64,000 nucleotides of DNA, taken from contig OZ220744.1 in the NCBI GenBank assembly GCA_965116925.1, positions 3,840,001 to 3,904,000 on the forward strand, in the 5' to 3' direction. Origin of the DNA: Candidatus Poribacteria bacterium (GTDB lineage: Bacteria; Poribacteria; WGA-4E; PCPOR2b). The notes under the pieces are model-generated. The model was not told the origin of the DNA. It was given only the letters and a program-made list of their open reading frames with translations, and ran no database searches. Made by a program: the position numbers and the translations under genes. Shown here piece after piece: positions 18,442-28,543 of this stretch; position 1 is the first letter of the stretch; every line of letters begins with the position of its first letter.

Positions 18442-20256
18442 ATGAGCGACAATACAACAAACTTAACCATCCGCTTCCTCACTGACGCTGATGTCCCGAA
18501 GATTCCCCGTTTCTTTGAGGGCCTTTCCGAGGCAAGTCGCTCTTTTTATCATCCATACCCCTTTGATCAAGGTGCGGTCACGAAGATTGCTGAAGAACTC
18601 CATAATCCGAGCTGCGTCCATATCGGCGCATTTAGCGACGAAAAGCTGGTTGGGCATGTCTGGTACGTTGACCGAGGAGGAGATGGTTATCCGGGTTTAG
18701 GCATTGGGATTGTCGATACCTTCCACAACAGAGGCATCGGCCAAGGGCTGATGGGCCGGATCGAAGGTATTGCCCGCGAGCGTGGGAAGCAGGGACTCGC
18801 CTTGACCTGTTATCGGGAGAATTATCGGGCGATCCGCGTTCATGCCAAACAGGGCTATCGCTTGGTTGGAAGGACTGGAGATGATGTCCAGTTTCGGATG
18901 GTTCGCAATTTCGCCGACGATGACACGCCGTACACAATACGGGGGGTGTACGCTTCAAGCATTCCGTGGAATATCGCACCACTGACGACGGATACTTGGA
19001 GCCTCGCTGATTGGAAATGGTACATTGAACTGCTCAATGCAGCGGGCTGCAACTTACTAAAGCTTTATATTTGGCCTACGCAGTATTACCATCCGGACGA
19101 GCCGGAATTGGCTTCCAATGCGTGGCGTTATCAGGTCTGGCACGACGCGCTGGCGTATGCCCGTGTGATGGGGATGGAAACCCATGTCGGCTTTTCAAGC
19201 GGAACCGTGCCGCCTTTAACATGGCTGCGCTACCCCCAAATGCGTGCAGAAGATGTCAATTACACCGGCATCACCCTCTGCTGGCAGCGTGGGAAAGAAC
19301 GCATCCTACCCTATCAGGAATATCTGATCGAGACCTTCGCGGACGTGGCGGACAGTTTTGTTCTCTGGTTCGCAGATCCGGGTGCCTGTATCTGTTCGGA
19401 GTGTAGGGACTACTTGCGGGTCATGTTGAACGCCCTACACACTATATCTAAGGTCATTGATGGCAGAGCATCGATCACGGCTTGCCCTTGGTGGATTGAA
19501 AACATTGAAGCCGGACGAAATGGCTTTGCGCCGCACCCAAATCTGCGCCATCGAATTGCGGCAGAGCTACCCAAAGGAAGCGCGGTGATTATCAGAAGTG
19601 TCGAATATGAAACGATTGACATCATGCGGGAACACGGATTGATTCCTTTACCGCTTGCGTTCTTTCTTGATCCGGAAGGAGGATTTGAGTCGAATAACAT
19701 CTTGCCTGAACCCAAATTGCGGCAGATTGATGCGTGGCTCGAAAGAGGGCTTGCGGAAAAACACACCGCTTCACTCGCTTATCGCTTGACGCCTTATACG
19801 CAGTATCCGGGGGATTACTACTTTTTTCGCCGGCAATTGAACCCCACGCAGTCGAGAGAATCTATCCTCACAGGGCTTGGTGAGTATATTTGTAATCCGT
19901 ACCAGCGAGAAGAATTTCGAGAGGAAGAGGCGCGCTTTGCATCAGCAGTAGAGTCGCTTGACCGGTGGTGGAGCGATCGGGGGGAACAAGATCTGGATGA
20001 CGCAGTAGTAGGACTCGACGCTCTCACGGAAAGACACGCCTCTGTCAGAGACCTTGCCGATGCAGCGACTTTGTTACAGCGATTGTCGCATGGATTGGGT
20101 GATCAATCGCTTGAAGAATTCACCGAAGACCTACGTCTTCAGATGAGTCCTATGCCAATTTTTCGAGGGTTGACGCTTGATAATCTCTGGTCAGGTAGGG
20201 CGCAGGCGTTTCTACAACTTCGCGTTCAAAATTGGTTGAACCGGCTACAACCGTAA
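18442..20256 (+). CDS. GNAT acetyltransferase fused to a glycoside-hydrolase-like TIM barrel
   Basis: N-terminal 'GIVDTFHNRGIGQGLM...NYRAIRVHAKQGY'; then 'WSLADWKWYIELLNAAGCNLL', 'WFADPGAC.C..C'; start at MSDNTT after GAGGG. Confidence 0.65.
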   Translation: MSDNTTNLTIRFLTDADVPKIPRFFEGLSEASRSFYHPYPFDQGAVTKIAEELHNPSCVHIGAFSDEKLVGHVWYVDRGGDGYPGLGIGIVDTFHNRGIGQGLMGRIEGIARERGKQGLALTCYRENYRAIRVHAKQGYRLVGRTGDDVQFRMVRNFADDDTPYTIRGVYASSIPWNIAPLTTDTWSLADWKWYIELLNAAGCNLLKLYIWPTQYYHPDEPELASNAWRYQVWHDALAYARVMGMETHVGFSSGTVPPLTWLRYPQMRAEDVNYTGITLCWQRGKERILPYQEYLIETFADVADSFVLWFADPGACICSECRDYLRVMLNALHTISKVIDGRASITACPWWIENIEAGRNGFAPHPNLRHRIAAELPKGSAVIIRSVEYETIDIMREHGLIPLPLAFFLDPEGGFESNNILPEPKLRQIDAWLERGLAEKHTASLAYRLTPYTQYPGDYYFFRRQLNPTQSRESILTGLGEYICNPYQREEFREEEARFASAVESLDRWWSDRGEQDLDDAVVGLDALTERHASVRDLADAATLLQRLSHGLGDQSLEEFTEDLRLQMSPMPIFRGLTLDNLWSGRAQAFLQLRVQNWLNRLQP

Positions 20257-20311
20257 AGGATTATTGGACGAAAACCGACAACTCATTTGTTCAATTTGCA
20301 AAGGGGAAGAT

Positions 20312-21310
20312 ATGACATTACTACGATGGGGAATCCTTGGTTGTGGAGATGTGGCAGAATACAAAGGTGGACCACCACTCTATACCGTCGAAGGTTCCGA
20401 ACTAATTGCGGTGATGCGGCGTGATAGAGAGAAGGCTGAGGATTTTGCAGCGAGACATGGCGCGAAACGCGCTTATCACACAGTTGAAGAGCTGCTAGGG
20501 GATGACGAGATTAACGCAGTCTATATCGCAACACCGCCGTACCTGCACTGTGAACAGACGATTCTCACCGCGGAGGCGGGGAAGCATGTTCTCTGTGAAA
20601 AACCGATGGGCATGAATGTCGCCGAGTGTCAGCAGATGATTGATGCCTGCCGTGGGAACAACGTTACGCTTACAATCGCTTACTACAGACCCTTTTTTCC
20701 GAATATCGTAAAAATGAAGGAATTGATGGAGGCGGGAGCAATCGGGGAAGTTGTGCTAGGGCAAATCAATCACACCGCTTCCTATGATCCGAGCAGCCAT
20801 GAGTGGGGCGCATGGCGCACTGATCCGAAAATTAGTGGTGGCGGTGTCCTGATGGATCTGGGGAGCCACCGGATTGATCTGCTGATGTATCTATTGGGGG
20901 AGGTGACGTCTGTTTCTGGGTACGCAGAAAACGTCTATCTGCCCCATCCAGTTGATGATTCTGCTGTCTTCACTTTACGCTTTGAAAACGGGGCACATGC
21001 TGTTGCAAATATCAACTGGAATGTTGGCGTTTCGATTGACGAAGTGGCAGTCTACGGTACGGAGGGGAGTTTGCGCTGCACCCCGCTCAATAGCGGAAAC
21101 CTGACGCTTGAAACGAAGGACAAAAGCGAGTCATTCCACCAACCTCCATTGCCGTATATGCACACGGGGTTAGTTGAAGCCCTCGTCAGTCAGATGCGTA
21201 CAGGTGTGCCAATCCGCTGTACGGGACAGGAAGGGTTAAGGACAAATGCGATTATCGCTCAAATCTACGCGAACAGTGTGAAAGGGAACTATAGTGAATT
21301 CAAAAAATAA
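20312..21310 (+). CDS. Gfo/Idh/MocA family oxidoreductase
   Basis: 'WGILGCG', 'AGKHVLCEKP', 'GGGVLMDLGSHRID'; last codons and stop supplied by a MITE A end. Confidence 0.9.
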   Translation: MTLLRWGILGCGDVAEYKGGPPLYTVEGSELIAVMRRDREKAEDFAARHGAKRAYHTVEELLGDDEINAVYIATPPYLHCEQTILTAEAGKHVLCEKPMGMNVAECQQMIDACRGNNVTLTIAYYRPFFPNIVKMKELMEAGAIGEVVLGQINHTASYDPSSHEWGAWRTDPKISGGGVLMDLGSHRIDLLMYLLGEVTSVSGYAENVYLPHPVDDSAVFTLRFENGAHAVANINWNVGVSIDEVAVYGTEGSLRCTPLNSGNLTLETKDKSESFHQPPLPYMHTGLVEALVSQMRTGVPIRCTGQEGLRTNAIIAQIYANSVKGNYSEFKK

Positions 21311-21397
21311 ATACACACTTTCGCTCCCCATGTTTGGTAGGCGCTGTTTCCAACTGCGCCGATTTGGAGTGTCTCATTAATTCTAAAATCTACTATA
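21290..21397. mobile_element. MITE family A copy (inverted orientation)
   Basis: Near reverse complement of 4358-4465. Confidence 0.85.
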
Positions 21398-21404
21398 AGC
21401 CTAA

Positions 21405-22388
21405 TCACTCTGGGGCACTCCACATATAAATGAGTTCTCCATTTTGGCTTTCTTCCGTGGAGATCCAAGGAAAATTGCACTGCTCCATCTTCTCAATCAA
21501 ATGGTTCATCACGCGAATCGGATTGGAGATATGGCACACGTCTCTCAGTTGTGATTCGGTGACTACCTGCTGGTTGATTATGTATTCAATGGCACACTGC
21601 TCATCTAAATTGAGGAGTATTTCTTTTCGTTGATCGTTTGCTGCTACCGGTAGACCCGAATCACCTTCTTCTATTTCCCCAACTTCCGGGGTTTCCTTCG
21701 CAGCTTGCTCTGAATCCGCCACTACCCGCTGTCCCAAACTCTGACAAGCTGGAACCACTGCTTCTGCAATTCTATTTTTGATCCGGTCCAAATCGCCTTG
21801 TAGTTCCTGGATTTCCTCGTGCAATTGCGTGATGAGCTCGAGTGGCTCTGTGTTGTTGATCGGCGAGTTTAACTGCTCATCGTCAGGAAGGTCACTGGCT
21901 TCTCCCCAATCCGATCCTATCTCCTCTATGAAAGGAGGGTAGAGGTTATCTATACTCGGTGCAGCAGAAGGTAGCCCCACATTTTCAGAATCTGCCGTGT
22001 CTGAGCTCTGGTGCGATTCACAAGGTGGGGTATCAATAAGTTCGATGTTGTACTTGTAGGGGCTGACCCCACCTCTGCTATCAATGTATGAAACCTTGAC
22101 GTAGCAGCAATCGCCGACTTTCAATTGATCCATTTGTCCCTGAATCCGTCTGAGAGTGCGTGCATGATAGTCTCGAAGCATCTCCGGCATCCCTTTGACT
22201 AGCAGCTTAAAATAAGCTATCGGATCGCAGTCGGACTGAAAATATGGTGCTTTAGTAAGCGGTTGCGTCAAATTTGGAAACCGCACAATTTTGGATGGTA
22301 CTGGATTGTCTAACGCCTCAAGTTCAATTCCCCACTGGAGCGGTGCCTCTTTTATACAGGTTGCGACGTAAGTATGATGTTTGGGCAT
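21405..22388 (-). CDS. Hypothetical protein (S1-like motif, acidic linker, coiled coil, possible C-terminal winged helix)
   Basis: 327-aa ORF with AAGGAGAG RBS; 'LKVGDCCYVKVSYID'; heptad 'LITQLHEEIQELQGDLDRIKNRI'. Confidence 0.6.
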   Translation of the reverse strand: MPKHHTYVATCIKEAPLQWGIELEALDNPVPSKIVRFPNLTQPLTKAPYFQSDCDPIAYFKLLVKGMPEMLRDYHARTLRRIQGQMDQLKVGDCCYVKVSYIDSRGGVSPYKYNIELIDTPPCESHQSSDTADSENVGLPSAAPSIDNLYPPFIEEIGSDWGEASDLPDDEQLNSPINNTEPLELITQLHEEIQELQGDLDRIKNRIAEAVVPACQSLGQRVVADSEQAAKETPEVGEIEEGDSGLPVAANDQRKEILLNLDEQCAIEYIINQQVVTESQLRDVCHISNPIRVMNHLIEKMEQCNFPWISTEESQNGELIYMWSAPE

Positions 22389-22509
22389 TTCAAAGCTCTC
22401 CTTAGTAACACCTCAATATAATAATACAATAGATGCCTCGGTAAGTTCGTCATACGAAACGTGAAAGGCTGCATAAAAGTTACAAAAAATTGTGTTTTCT
22501 GTAATAATC

Positions 22510-22556
22510 ACACAATATATAGTATTCTATTTTTAACAATCGGCTATATATGGTAT
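22510..22556. promoter_or_regulatory. Tandem NrdR-box-like operators
   Basis: acacaatatatagtat (22510-25) and cggctatatatggtat (22541-56), 31 bp apart. Confidence 0.5.
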
Positions 22557-22650
22557 ACAAAACTTGCGTTAAGTAAATATTTGCAACATAAATTGCACCT
22601 AAGATTGCGCGCAATCGGTCTATGATAGTGTGGATTGGAGACTTGCAAAC

Positions 22651-23535
22651 TCAAGGATACATTTCTGGCACAAAGGTTTGGTCTGTCATGGGTGGCCGCA
22701 TATATCCGGTATCTTCTTGGAGTGGTGGTAATTCTAACTTTGGGTGGGCGAGTGCCTCGTAAGGAATCAGAGTCAACAGGTGGTGAATGCAGTTGAGCCG
22801 CGCACGTTTTTTGTCATGAGCATCAACTACATACCAAGGGGCTTGTTTGATATCTGTATACTTAAACATCTCATCTTTGGCTCGGGAATAATCAATCCAT
22901 CTTTTGCGGGATTCCATATCTATTTCACTGAGTTTCCAACGTTTGGCCGGATTTTTGATTCGCCTTCTGAAACGGCGTTCCTGCTCATCCGCATCTACAG
23001 ATAACCAATATTTGATCAGAATAATCCCGGAGTGCACCAGCATCCGCTCAAATTCGGGGCAGGAACGCAAAAACTCATGATATTCTTCCGCAGTGCAAAA
23101 GCCCATTACCCGCTCGACCCCGGCGCGATTGTACCAACTTCGATCAAAAAATACTATCTCACCGGCTGCCGGCAGATGGGAAACATATCGTTGAAAATAC
23201 CATTGTGTTTTCTCCCGTTCGGTTGGGGTGCCTAGCGCAACAACCCGGCAGATCCGTGGGTTCAGTGGCTCTGTAATTCGCTGGATGGTTCCGCCCTTGC
23301 CTGCGGAGTCACGCCCTTCAAAAATCACGACTACCTTTAAGCCTTGGGTCAGGATATGTTCTTGGAGTTTGATTAATTCTATCTGAAGTTGGGCAAGCTC
23401 TTTCTCATAGAACTTACGCTTCAATTTATTTCGTTCTTCTACAGGCTTATCCGTCGGTTGGAGCCTGATGAAATCTTTCCCAGTTTGCTGATCTTTCTGC
23501 TTTTTAGTTGCTTCATCTTTTTTCTTTTTCGACAT
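22651..23535 (-). CDS. ppk2: Polyphosphate kinase 2
   Basis: 'FEGRDSAGKGG', 'WYFQRY', 'FDRSWYNRAGVERVMGF'. Confidence 0.95.
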   Translation of the reverse strand: MSKKKKDEATKKQKDQQTGKDFIRLQPTDKPVEERNKLKRKFYEKELAQLQIELIKLQEHILTQGLKVVVIFEGRDSAGKGGTIQRITEPLNPRICRVVALGTPTEREKTQWYFQRYVSHLPAAGEIVFFDRSWYNRAGVERVMGFCTAEEYHEFLRSCPEFERMLVHSGIILIKYWLSVDADEQERRFRRRIKNPAKRWKLSEIDMESRKRWIDYSRAKDEMFKYTDIKQAPWYVVDAHDKKRARLNCIHHLLTLIPYEALAHPKLELPPLQEDTGYMRPPMTDQTFVPEMYP

Positions 23536-23664
23536 GGTTACCCCGCTACTGATGCAAGTTTAGAGACTTTCACTGCCTCTTCTCTGACAATTCCGCCGTG
23601 CCTGACAATCCACTGCATTATACTTACTACAGGGTTTTATGTCAACAGGAATTCTGGTTCGTGA

Positions 23665-23857
23665 AGGGCAATCGCATCTGTTATAGGAATTCGGTAGTTG
23701 GGCAATCAGAACGCTGGGTAAATCCCTTTTGTAGCGCAGATGTACTGCACTTTGGGCACGTACAGATTGGAAATCTGTACCCACGATATGAAATAGGCAA
23801 TGATTTTCGCAATTCAAGGGTGTAAATCCTACACAATATCTACATACGATTGCCCTA
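23665..23857. mobile_element. MITE family D with target-site duplication
   Basis: TIR agggcaatcg/cgattgccct; direct repeat tggttcgtga at 23655-64 and 23858-67; internal hairpin gtacagattggaaatctgtac. Confidence 0.75.
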
Positions 23858-23958
23858 TGGTTCGTGAGATTGCTATTGACAAACCATAATAATTCAGTGA
23901 TAATTATACAAAGATTTTACATACCCTCAGCCCCATTTCCACAATGAAGGAGACAGGA

Positions 23959-24291
23959 ATGAAACATTTTGGTTTGGCAATCAATTTGAAAGATGATCTG
24001 GAGATTATCGAAAAATACAAAGAATATCATAGCAACGTTTGGCCCGAAGTTCTAGAGAGTCTGCACACGATTGGTATCACGAAGATGAATATCTACCTGT
24101 TAGGTCGCCGGATGTTCATGGCAATGGAAACCGTTGATGCGTTTGACGTTGAAAAGGATTTCCCGCGATACCTGGAACAGCATCCACGCTGCCGTGAGTG
24201 GGATGAGCTGATGCGGACCTATCAAGAGCCGGTGCCTGAAAGAAAACCGGAGGAATGGTGGGCGTTGATGGAGTGCGTCTTTGAGTTCTAA
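23959..24291 (+). CDS. L-rhamnose mutarotase family protein
   Basis: 'YKEYHSNVWPEV', 'GITKMNIY', 'WDELM', 'WWALMECVF'. Confidence 0.85.
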   Translation: MKHFGLAINLKDDLEIIEKYKEYHSNVWPEVLESLHTIGITKMNIYLLGRRMFMAMETVDAFDVEKDFPRYLEQHPRCREWDELMRTYQEPVPERKPEEWWALMECVFEF

Positions 24292-24463
24292 CCGTAAGAT
24301 AACAGCATTGATAGCGTATGGATCAAGAGGATAAGAAATCTCGCTTAGAAGCGATGTTGTTTTGCACAGCGTTCACGGGGATCGAGGGAAAGTTTGGGAT
24401 GTGTCGTTTGGCACCCGTCTCGCAATCAGAATCGGAACGATAAAAGACAAACGTAAAATAACG

Positions 24464-25237
24464 ATGAAAAAAACAATCGATCTCATTCAGGCAATGAAAC
24501 AGAATGGACAAAAAATTGCGATGCTGACCGCGTATGACTACCCAACGGCGCGTATCCTCAATGAGGCAGATATCGACATCATCCTCGTTGGCGATTCGCT
24601 CGGCATGGTAGTTTTGGGCTATGAAGACACGCGATCGGTTACGATGGCGGATATGCTCCATCACACCCGAATCGTGGCACGAGCCAATACAACGTGTTTA
24701 CTTATCGCGGATCTCCCGCATCAAGCTTATGAAACTCCGGAGCAGGCGGTCAAAAATGCGCGCGCCCTTTGTGATGCCGGTGCTGATACGGTGAAATTTG
24801 AGGGTAACAAGCCGGAGATTGTAAAAGCCATTGTCGGTGATGGTATTCCGGTGATGGGGCATGTTGGGTTATTACCGCAGACGAGTGAGAAATTTCGGGT
24901 GCATGGGCGCAAGCGGTCCGAAGCCGTGCTGATTGCCGATGACGCAAAGGACCTTGAAGCTGCTGGTTGCTTTGCAATTGTCCTTGAATCTATCCCAGAG
25001 AAACTGGGTCGAAAAATCACGAAGTCGTTGCAGATTCCGACAATCGGCATCGGAGCGGGGGCGGGCTGTGATGGGCAGGTGTTGGTGCTTCATGATATAC
25101 TTGGACTTTTTGACCGCACGCCGTCATTCGTCAAGCAGTATGCAAATATGCGGAAAGAGATCCACCGGGCTGTGACGCACTATAAGCTAGAAGTTCAGCA
25201 GGGGACCTTCCCCGATGAAGGGCATTCATATCGTTGA
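24464..25237 (+). CDS. panB: 3-methyl-2-oxobutanoate hydroxymethyltransferase
   Basis: 'MLTAYDY', 'ILVGDSLGM', 'HVGLLPQ', 'IGIGAG...DGQVLV.HD'. Confidence 0.95.
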   Translation: MKKTIDLIQAMKQNGQKIAMLTAYDYPTARILNEADIDIILVGDSLGMVVLGYEDTRSVTMADMLHHTRIVARANTTCLLIADLPHQAYETPEQAVKNARALCDAGADTVKFEGNKPEIVKAIVGDGIPVMGHVGLLPQTSEKFRVHGRKRSEAVLIADDAKDLEAAGCFAIVLESIPEKLGRKITKSLQIPTIGIGAGAGCDGQVLVLHDILGLFDRTPSFVKQYANMRKEIHRAVTHYKLEVQQGTFPDEGHSYR

Positions 25238-25286
25238 GTGGAGCGTAAATTAAAATTTACTGCGCTTTGCAGGTAAGGAGAAAGCC

Positions 25287-26156
25287 ATGTTCAAAATAGG
25301 TGTTATTGGTGATGAGATTTCACAAGATTTTCAAACGGTTGTCAATGTCGCAAAGGAGTTGAATCTTGACTCAATCGAGATTCGATCTGTGTGGGATAAG
25401 CCGCCGCAGGAATTAACGGAGAGCGATATCAATGAGATGAAACGGATTCTTGATGGAACGGGGGTTCAAATCGTCGGAATCGCCTCGCCGTTTTTCAAAT
25501 GTGACATTGATAACCCGCAGGAACGGCAGGAACATCTTGGAATTCTTGAGCGGTGTATCGAGGTAGCGAAAGCGTTTGATATCAACCTTATCCGCACTTT
25601 CGTCTTTTGGAAAACGGATAACGTCAAGGAACGGTGGGGCGAGATTATCGCTTCCTATGACGAGCCGGTGCGGATGGCGAATGGGGAGGGGATGATTTTA
25701 GGGATGGAAAACGAAGCCTCAACTTCCCTATCAACCGCCAAACTGACAGAGCGATTTATCTGTGAAATTGATTCTCCCAACATCCGCGCTATTTGGGACC
25801 CAGCCAACGAAGCTCACTCAGAAGGCGAGATGCCCTATCCCAACGCGTATGAAAGGCTCAAGCCGCTGATGGTGCATGCCCACCTGAAAGACGCTGGCGA
25901 AAACCCTGAAACGGGTGAGATGGAGTCTGTTCCGGTCGGTGAAGGCGTGATCGATTGGCAAGGACAACTTCAAGCCTTCGTTGACGACGGTTATGAAGGA
26001 CATCTCTGCTTGGAAACGCATTGGCGTCCGACCTCAAAGATTGAGGATGATTTGCTCAACCGTCCGGGCGGAACGGCATTCTCCGAAGCGGGGGAGGAAG
26101 CTTCTCGAATCTGTCTGCAAAATCTGTTTGGGATGATTGAGAAGCTGCATAGGTAA
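25287..26156 (+). CDS. Sugar phosphate isomerase/epimerase (TIM barrel)
   Basis: 'GDEISQD', 'MENE', 'WDPAN', 'HAHLKDA', 'LETH'. Confidence 0.85.
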   Translation: MFKIGVIGDEISQDFQTVVNVAKELNLDSIEIRSVWDKPPQELTESDINEMKRILDGTGVQIVGIASPFFKCDIDNPQERQEHLGILERCIEVAKAFDINLIRTFVFWKTDNVKERWGEIIASYDEPVRMANGEGMILGMENEASTSLSTAKLTERFICEIDSPNIRAIWDPANEAHSEGEMPYPNAYERLKPLMVHAHLKDAGENPETGEMESVPVGEGVIDWQGQLQAFVDDGYEGHLCLETHWRPTSKIEDDLLNRPGGTAFSEAGEEASRICLQNLFGMIEKLHR

Positions 26157-26170
26157 AATGTAAAGGGCAA

Positions 26171-27322
26171 ATGATCATGAAGATTGTAGATATAAAAACC
26201 CAAACATTCAAATATCAGACGAACCAGGTTAGGGACTCAGAGGGCCACGGACATCCTGGGCCCGAACATGACGCAACTCAAACGCTGCTAACGATTGTTA
26301 CCGACGAAGGCTTGGAGGGTTACGCCTTTGGTGGCAGCCCCGCCATCGTGGAGCAAATTTTCAAGCCTGCGCTGGTTGGGGAAGATCCATTCTATCGTGA
26401 AAAACTATGGCAACGGCTCAAGCACTGGCAGCGCATCCATCGAAACCTCACAGACAACGTGATCGGTGTAGCGGACATGGCGTTATGGGATCTCGCGGGT
26501 CGCTGCTTTGGTCAGCCGGTCTATAAGCTGCTGGGAGGCTATCGAGACAAAGTCCTCGCCTACGCCAGCACCATGTGCGGTGACGAAGAGCCGGACGGGC
26601 TTAGCAGCCCAGATGACTATGCTCGGTTCGCGGAGTGGTGCATACAGCGTGGCTACAAGGCGATCAAGCTGCACACTTGGATGCCACCTATTCCGTGGGC
26701 TCCTGACCCCAAGATGGATGTCAAAGCGTGTGCTGCCGTGCGAGAGGCGGTCGGTGACGATGTTCCTCTGATGTTGGACTGCTACCATTACTACAGTCGA
26801 GAACAGGCACTCTATATCGGCAGGGAACTTGAGAAGCTCAACTACTACTGGTTTGAGGAGCCGATGGATGAACACAGTACCTCTTCTTATGCGTGGCTGG
26901 CAGAACAGTTGGATATCCCGGTTGTGGGTCCCGAAACCGCTGAGGGAAAGATGTTCACCAGAGCGGAGTGGATTCTGCGCGGTGCTGCGGATATCCTGCG
27001 GGGCGGCGTGGGAGATGTGGGAGGGATTACACCGTTGATGAAAGTTGTGCATCTGGCAGAGTCGTTTGGCATGGCGATGGAGGTACACGGCGGCGGCGGT
27101 GGAAATCTCCATGTGTTAGGCGCGATGGGTATCCCCGGTGAATTCTACGAGCGGGGCCTCCTCCACCCGTTTATCGACTATGATGAGGTCGAGCCTTGGC
27201 TGCATTCAAAGATTGACGCTATGGACGATGAGGGATATGTCCATTTGCCGCAGGGACCGGGGCTAGGCTACGACATCAATTTCGATTACATCGAAGAAAA
27301 TGCTGTCGAGAGCGGACAATAA
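26171..27322 (+). CDS. Mandelate racemase/muconate lactonizing (enolase superfamily) enzyme
   Basis: 'DMALWDL', 'PVYKLLGG', 'IKLH', 'LMLD', 'WFEEP', 'PGLG'. Confidence 0.9.
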   Translation: MIMKIVDIKTQTFKYQTNQVRDSEGHGHPGPEHDATQTLLTIVTDEGLEGYAFGGSPAIVEQIFKPALVGEDPFYREKLWQRLKHWQRIHRNLTDNVIGVADMALWDLAGRCFGQPVYKLLGGYRDKVLAYASTMCGDEEPDGLSSPDDYARFAEWCIQRGYKAIKLHTWMPPIPWAPDPKMDVKACAAVREAVGDDVPLMLDCYHYYSREQALYIGRELEKLNYYWFEEPMDEHSTSSYAWLAEQLDIPVVGPETAEGKMFTRAEWILRGAADILRGGVGDVGGITPLMKVVHLAESFGMAMEVHGGGGGNLHVLGAMGIPGEFYERGLLHPFIDYDEVEPWLHSKIDAMDDEGYVHLPQGPGLGYDINFDYIEENAVESGQ

Positions 27323-27372
27323 ACGCGCCATGCCGAAGCCTGTTTCCACCAATTGAAGGGAAAACCGTACCC

Positions 27373-28083
27373 ATGAAACTCGAAAACCAAGTTGCAATTA
27401 TCACCGGCGGTGGACGCGGAATTGGCAGATCAACTGCGCTCGCCTTTGCACAGGAAGGTGCAGATCTGGTGCTTGCGGCGCGAACGCTCTCAGAGATTGA
27501 AGCCGTCGCAGGCGAGGTCTCTGCACTCGGTCGGCAAGTCCTTGCAATACCAACGGACGTAACGCAAAAATCGCAGGTGGACGCGATGGTGCAACGGACG
27601 CTCGACAGATTCGGCAAGGTTGATATTCTTGTCAGCAACGCGGGCGTTGCGATCCACAACCCGATTCCCAAGATTCGTGAGGAGGATTGGGATCTCAATA
27701 TCGCCGTTAACCTCAAAGGCGTCTTTCTCTGCACGCAGGCAGTGTTCAGCCACATGTGCGAGCAGAAGTCCGGGCACATCGTCAACGTCTCGTCGGTCTC
27801 CGGCAAATTTGGGCACCCCAACGGCGGGGCGTACTGCGCCTCTAAATTTGGCGTTGTCGGTTTCACCGAGACCACGAATAACGAAGGACGTCCACACGGT
27901 GTCAAAGCGAGTGTGGTGTGTCCGGGACCTGTTGACACCAAGATGCGTCGAGATAATCACCCGGCGGATGTCATCGAGCATCTAACCTTGCCAGAAGAGG
28001 TCGCAGATTTAATCCTGTTTCTCGTTTCGCAGTCCCCACGTGCTCACATTCTTGAGACAGTTATTCGGACGCCACTGATGTAA
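27373..28083 (+). CDS. SDR family oxidoreductase
   Basis: 'TGGGRGIG', 'SNAG', 'YCASKFG'. Confidence 0.95.
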   Translation: MKLENQVAIITGGGRGIGRSTALAFAQEGADLVLAARTLSEIEAVAGEVSALGRQVLAIPTDVTQKSQVDAMVQRTLDRFGKVDILVSNAGVAIHNPIPKIREEDWDLNIAVNLKGVFLCTQAVFSHMCEQKSGHIVNVSSVSGKFGHPNGGAYCASKFGVVGFTETTNNEGRPHGVKASVVCPGPVDTKMRRDNHPADVIEHLTLPEEVADLILFLVSQSPRAHILETVIRTPLM

Positions 28084-28099
28084 AAACCGAGGAGGGCAA

Positions 28100-28543
28100 A
28101 TGGTAATTCGTCTACTCAGTATCTGCATTCTGGTTCTGTGTGTTTCGTCGTGGGACTGGGCATCCGTACCGGAGGAGGCTGCGGACCTCACTTTTATCTT
28201 GCGTGCGAATCCGATCCAAATCTCACATCAAAAACAGGAAGCCATCCCGTTCAATCCCAGAGAATCAACACCGATCCGTCTATTTTCGACTGGGCTTATT
28301 CGTATTTACCAGAAATATATCTCGACGCAAGATCTACCCGCCTGCAACTTCTCCCCGAGTTGCTCCCGATTCGGGATGGGGGCAATCCAAAAATACGGCT
28401 TCTCTCGCGGTGTACTGTTGGCTGCTGACCGTCTGCTGCGGGATAATGGAATGGCACTGCACACGCACTACCCCTTTGACGAAATAAGCGGCAAGTACAT
28501 TGATCCGGTTGAGGGATACTCACGGGAGGCGCTGACAAAATGA
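28100..28543 (+). CDS. YidD-like (membrane protein insertion efficiency factor) domain protein with signal peptide
   Basis: 'IRIYQKYIS...CNFSPSCSRF...AIQKYG...DRLLR'. Confidence 0.8.
   Translation: MVIRLLSICILVLCVSSWDWASVPEEAADLTFILRANPIQISHQKQEAIPFNPRESTPIRLFSTGLIRIYQKYISTQDLPACNFSPSCSRFGMGAIQKYGFSRGVLLAADRLLRDNGMALHTHYPFDEISGKYIDPVEGYSREALTK

Noticed and set aside
26483..27981. Long antisense ORFs (e.g. 26483-27112, 27276-27941; also 39838-40455, 52264-52842)
   Set aside because: Shadow frames of well-supported genes, with no motifs or RBS
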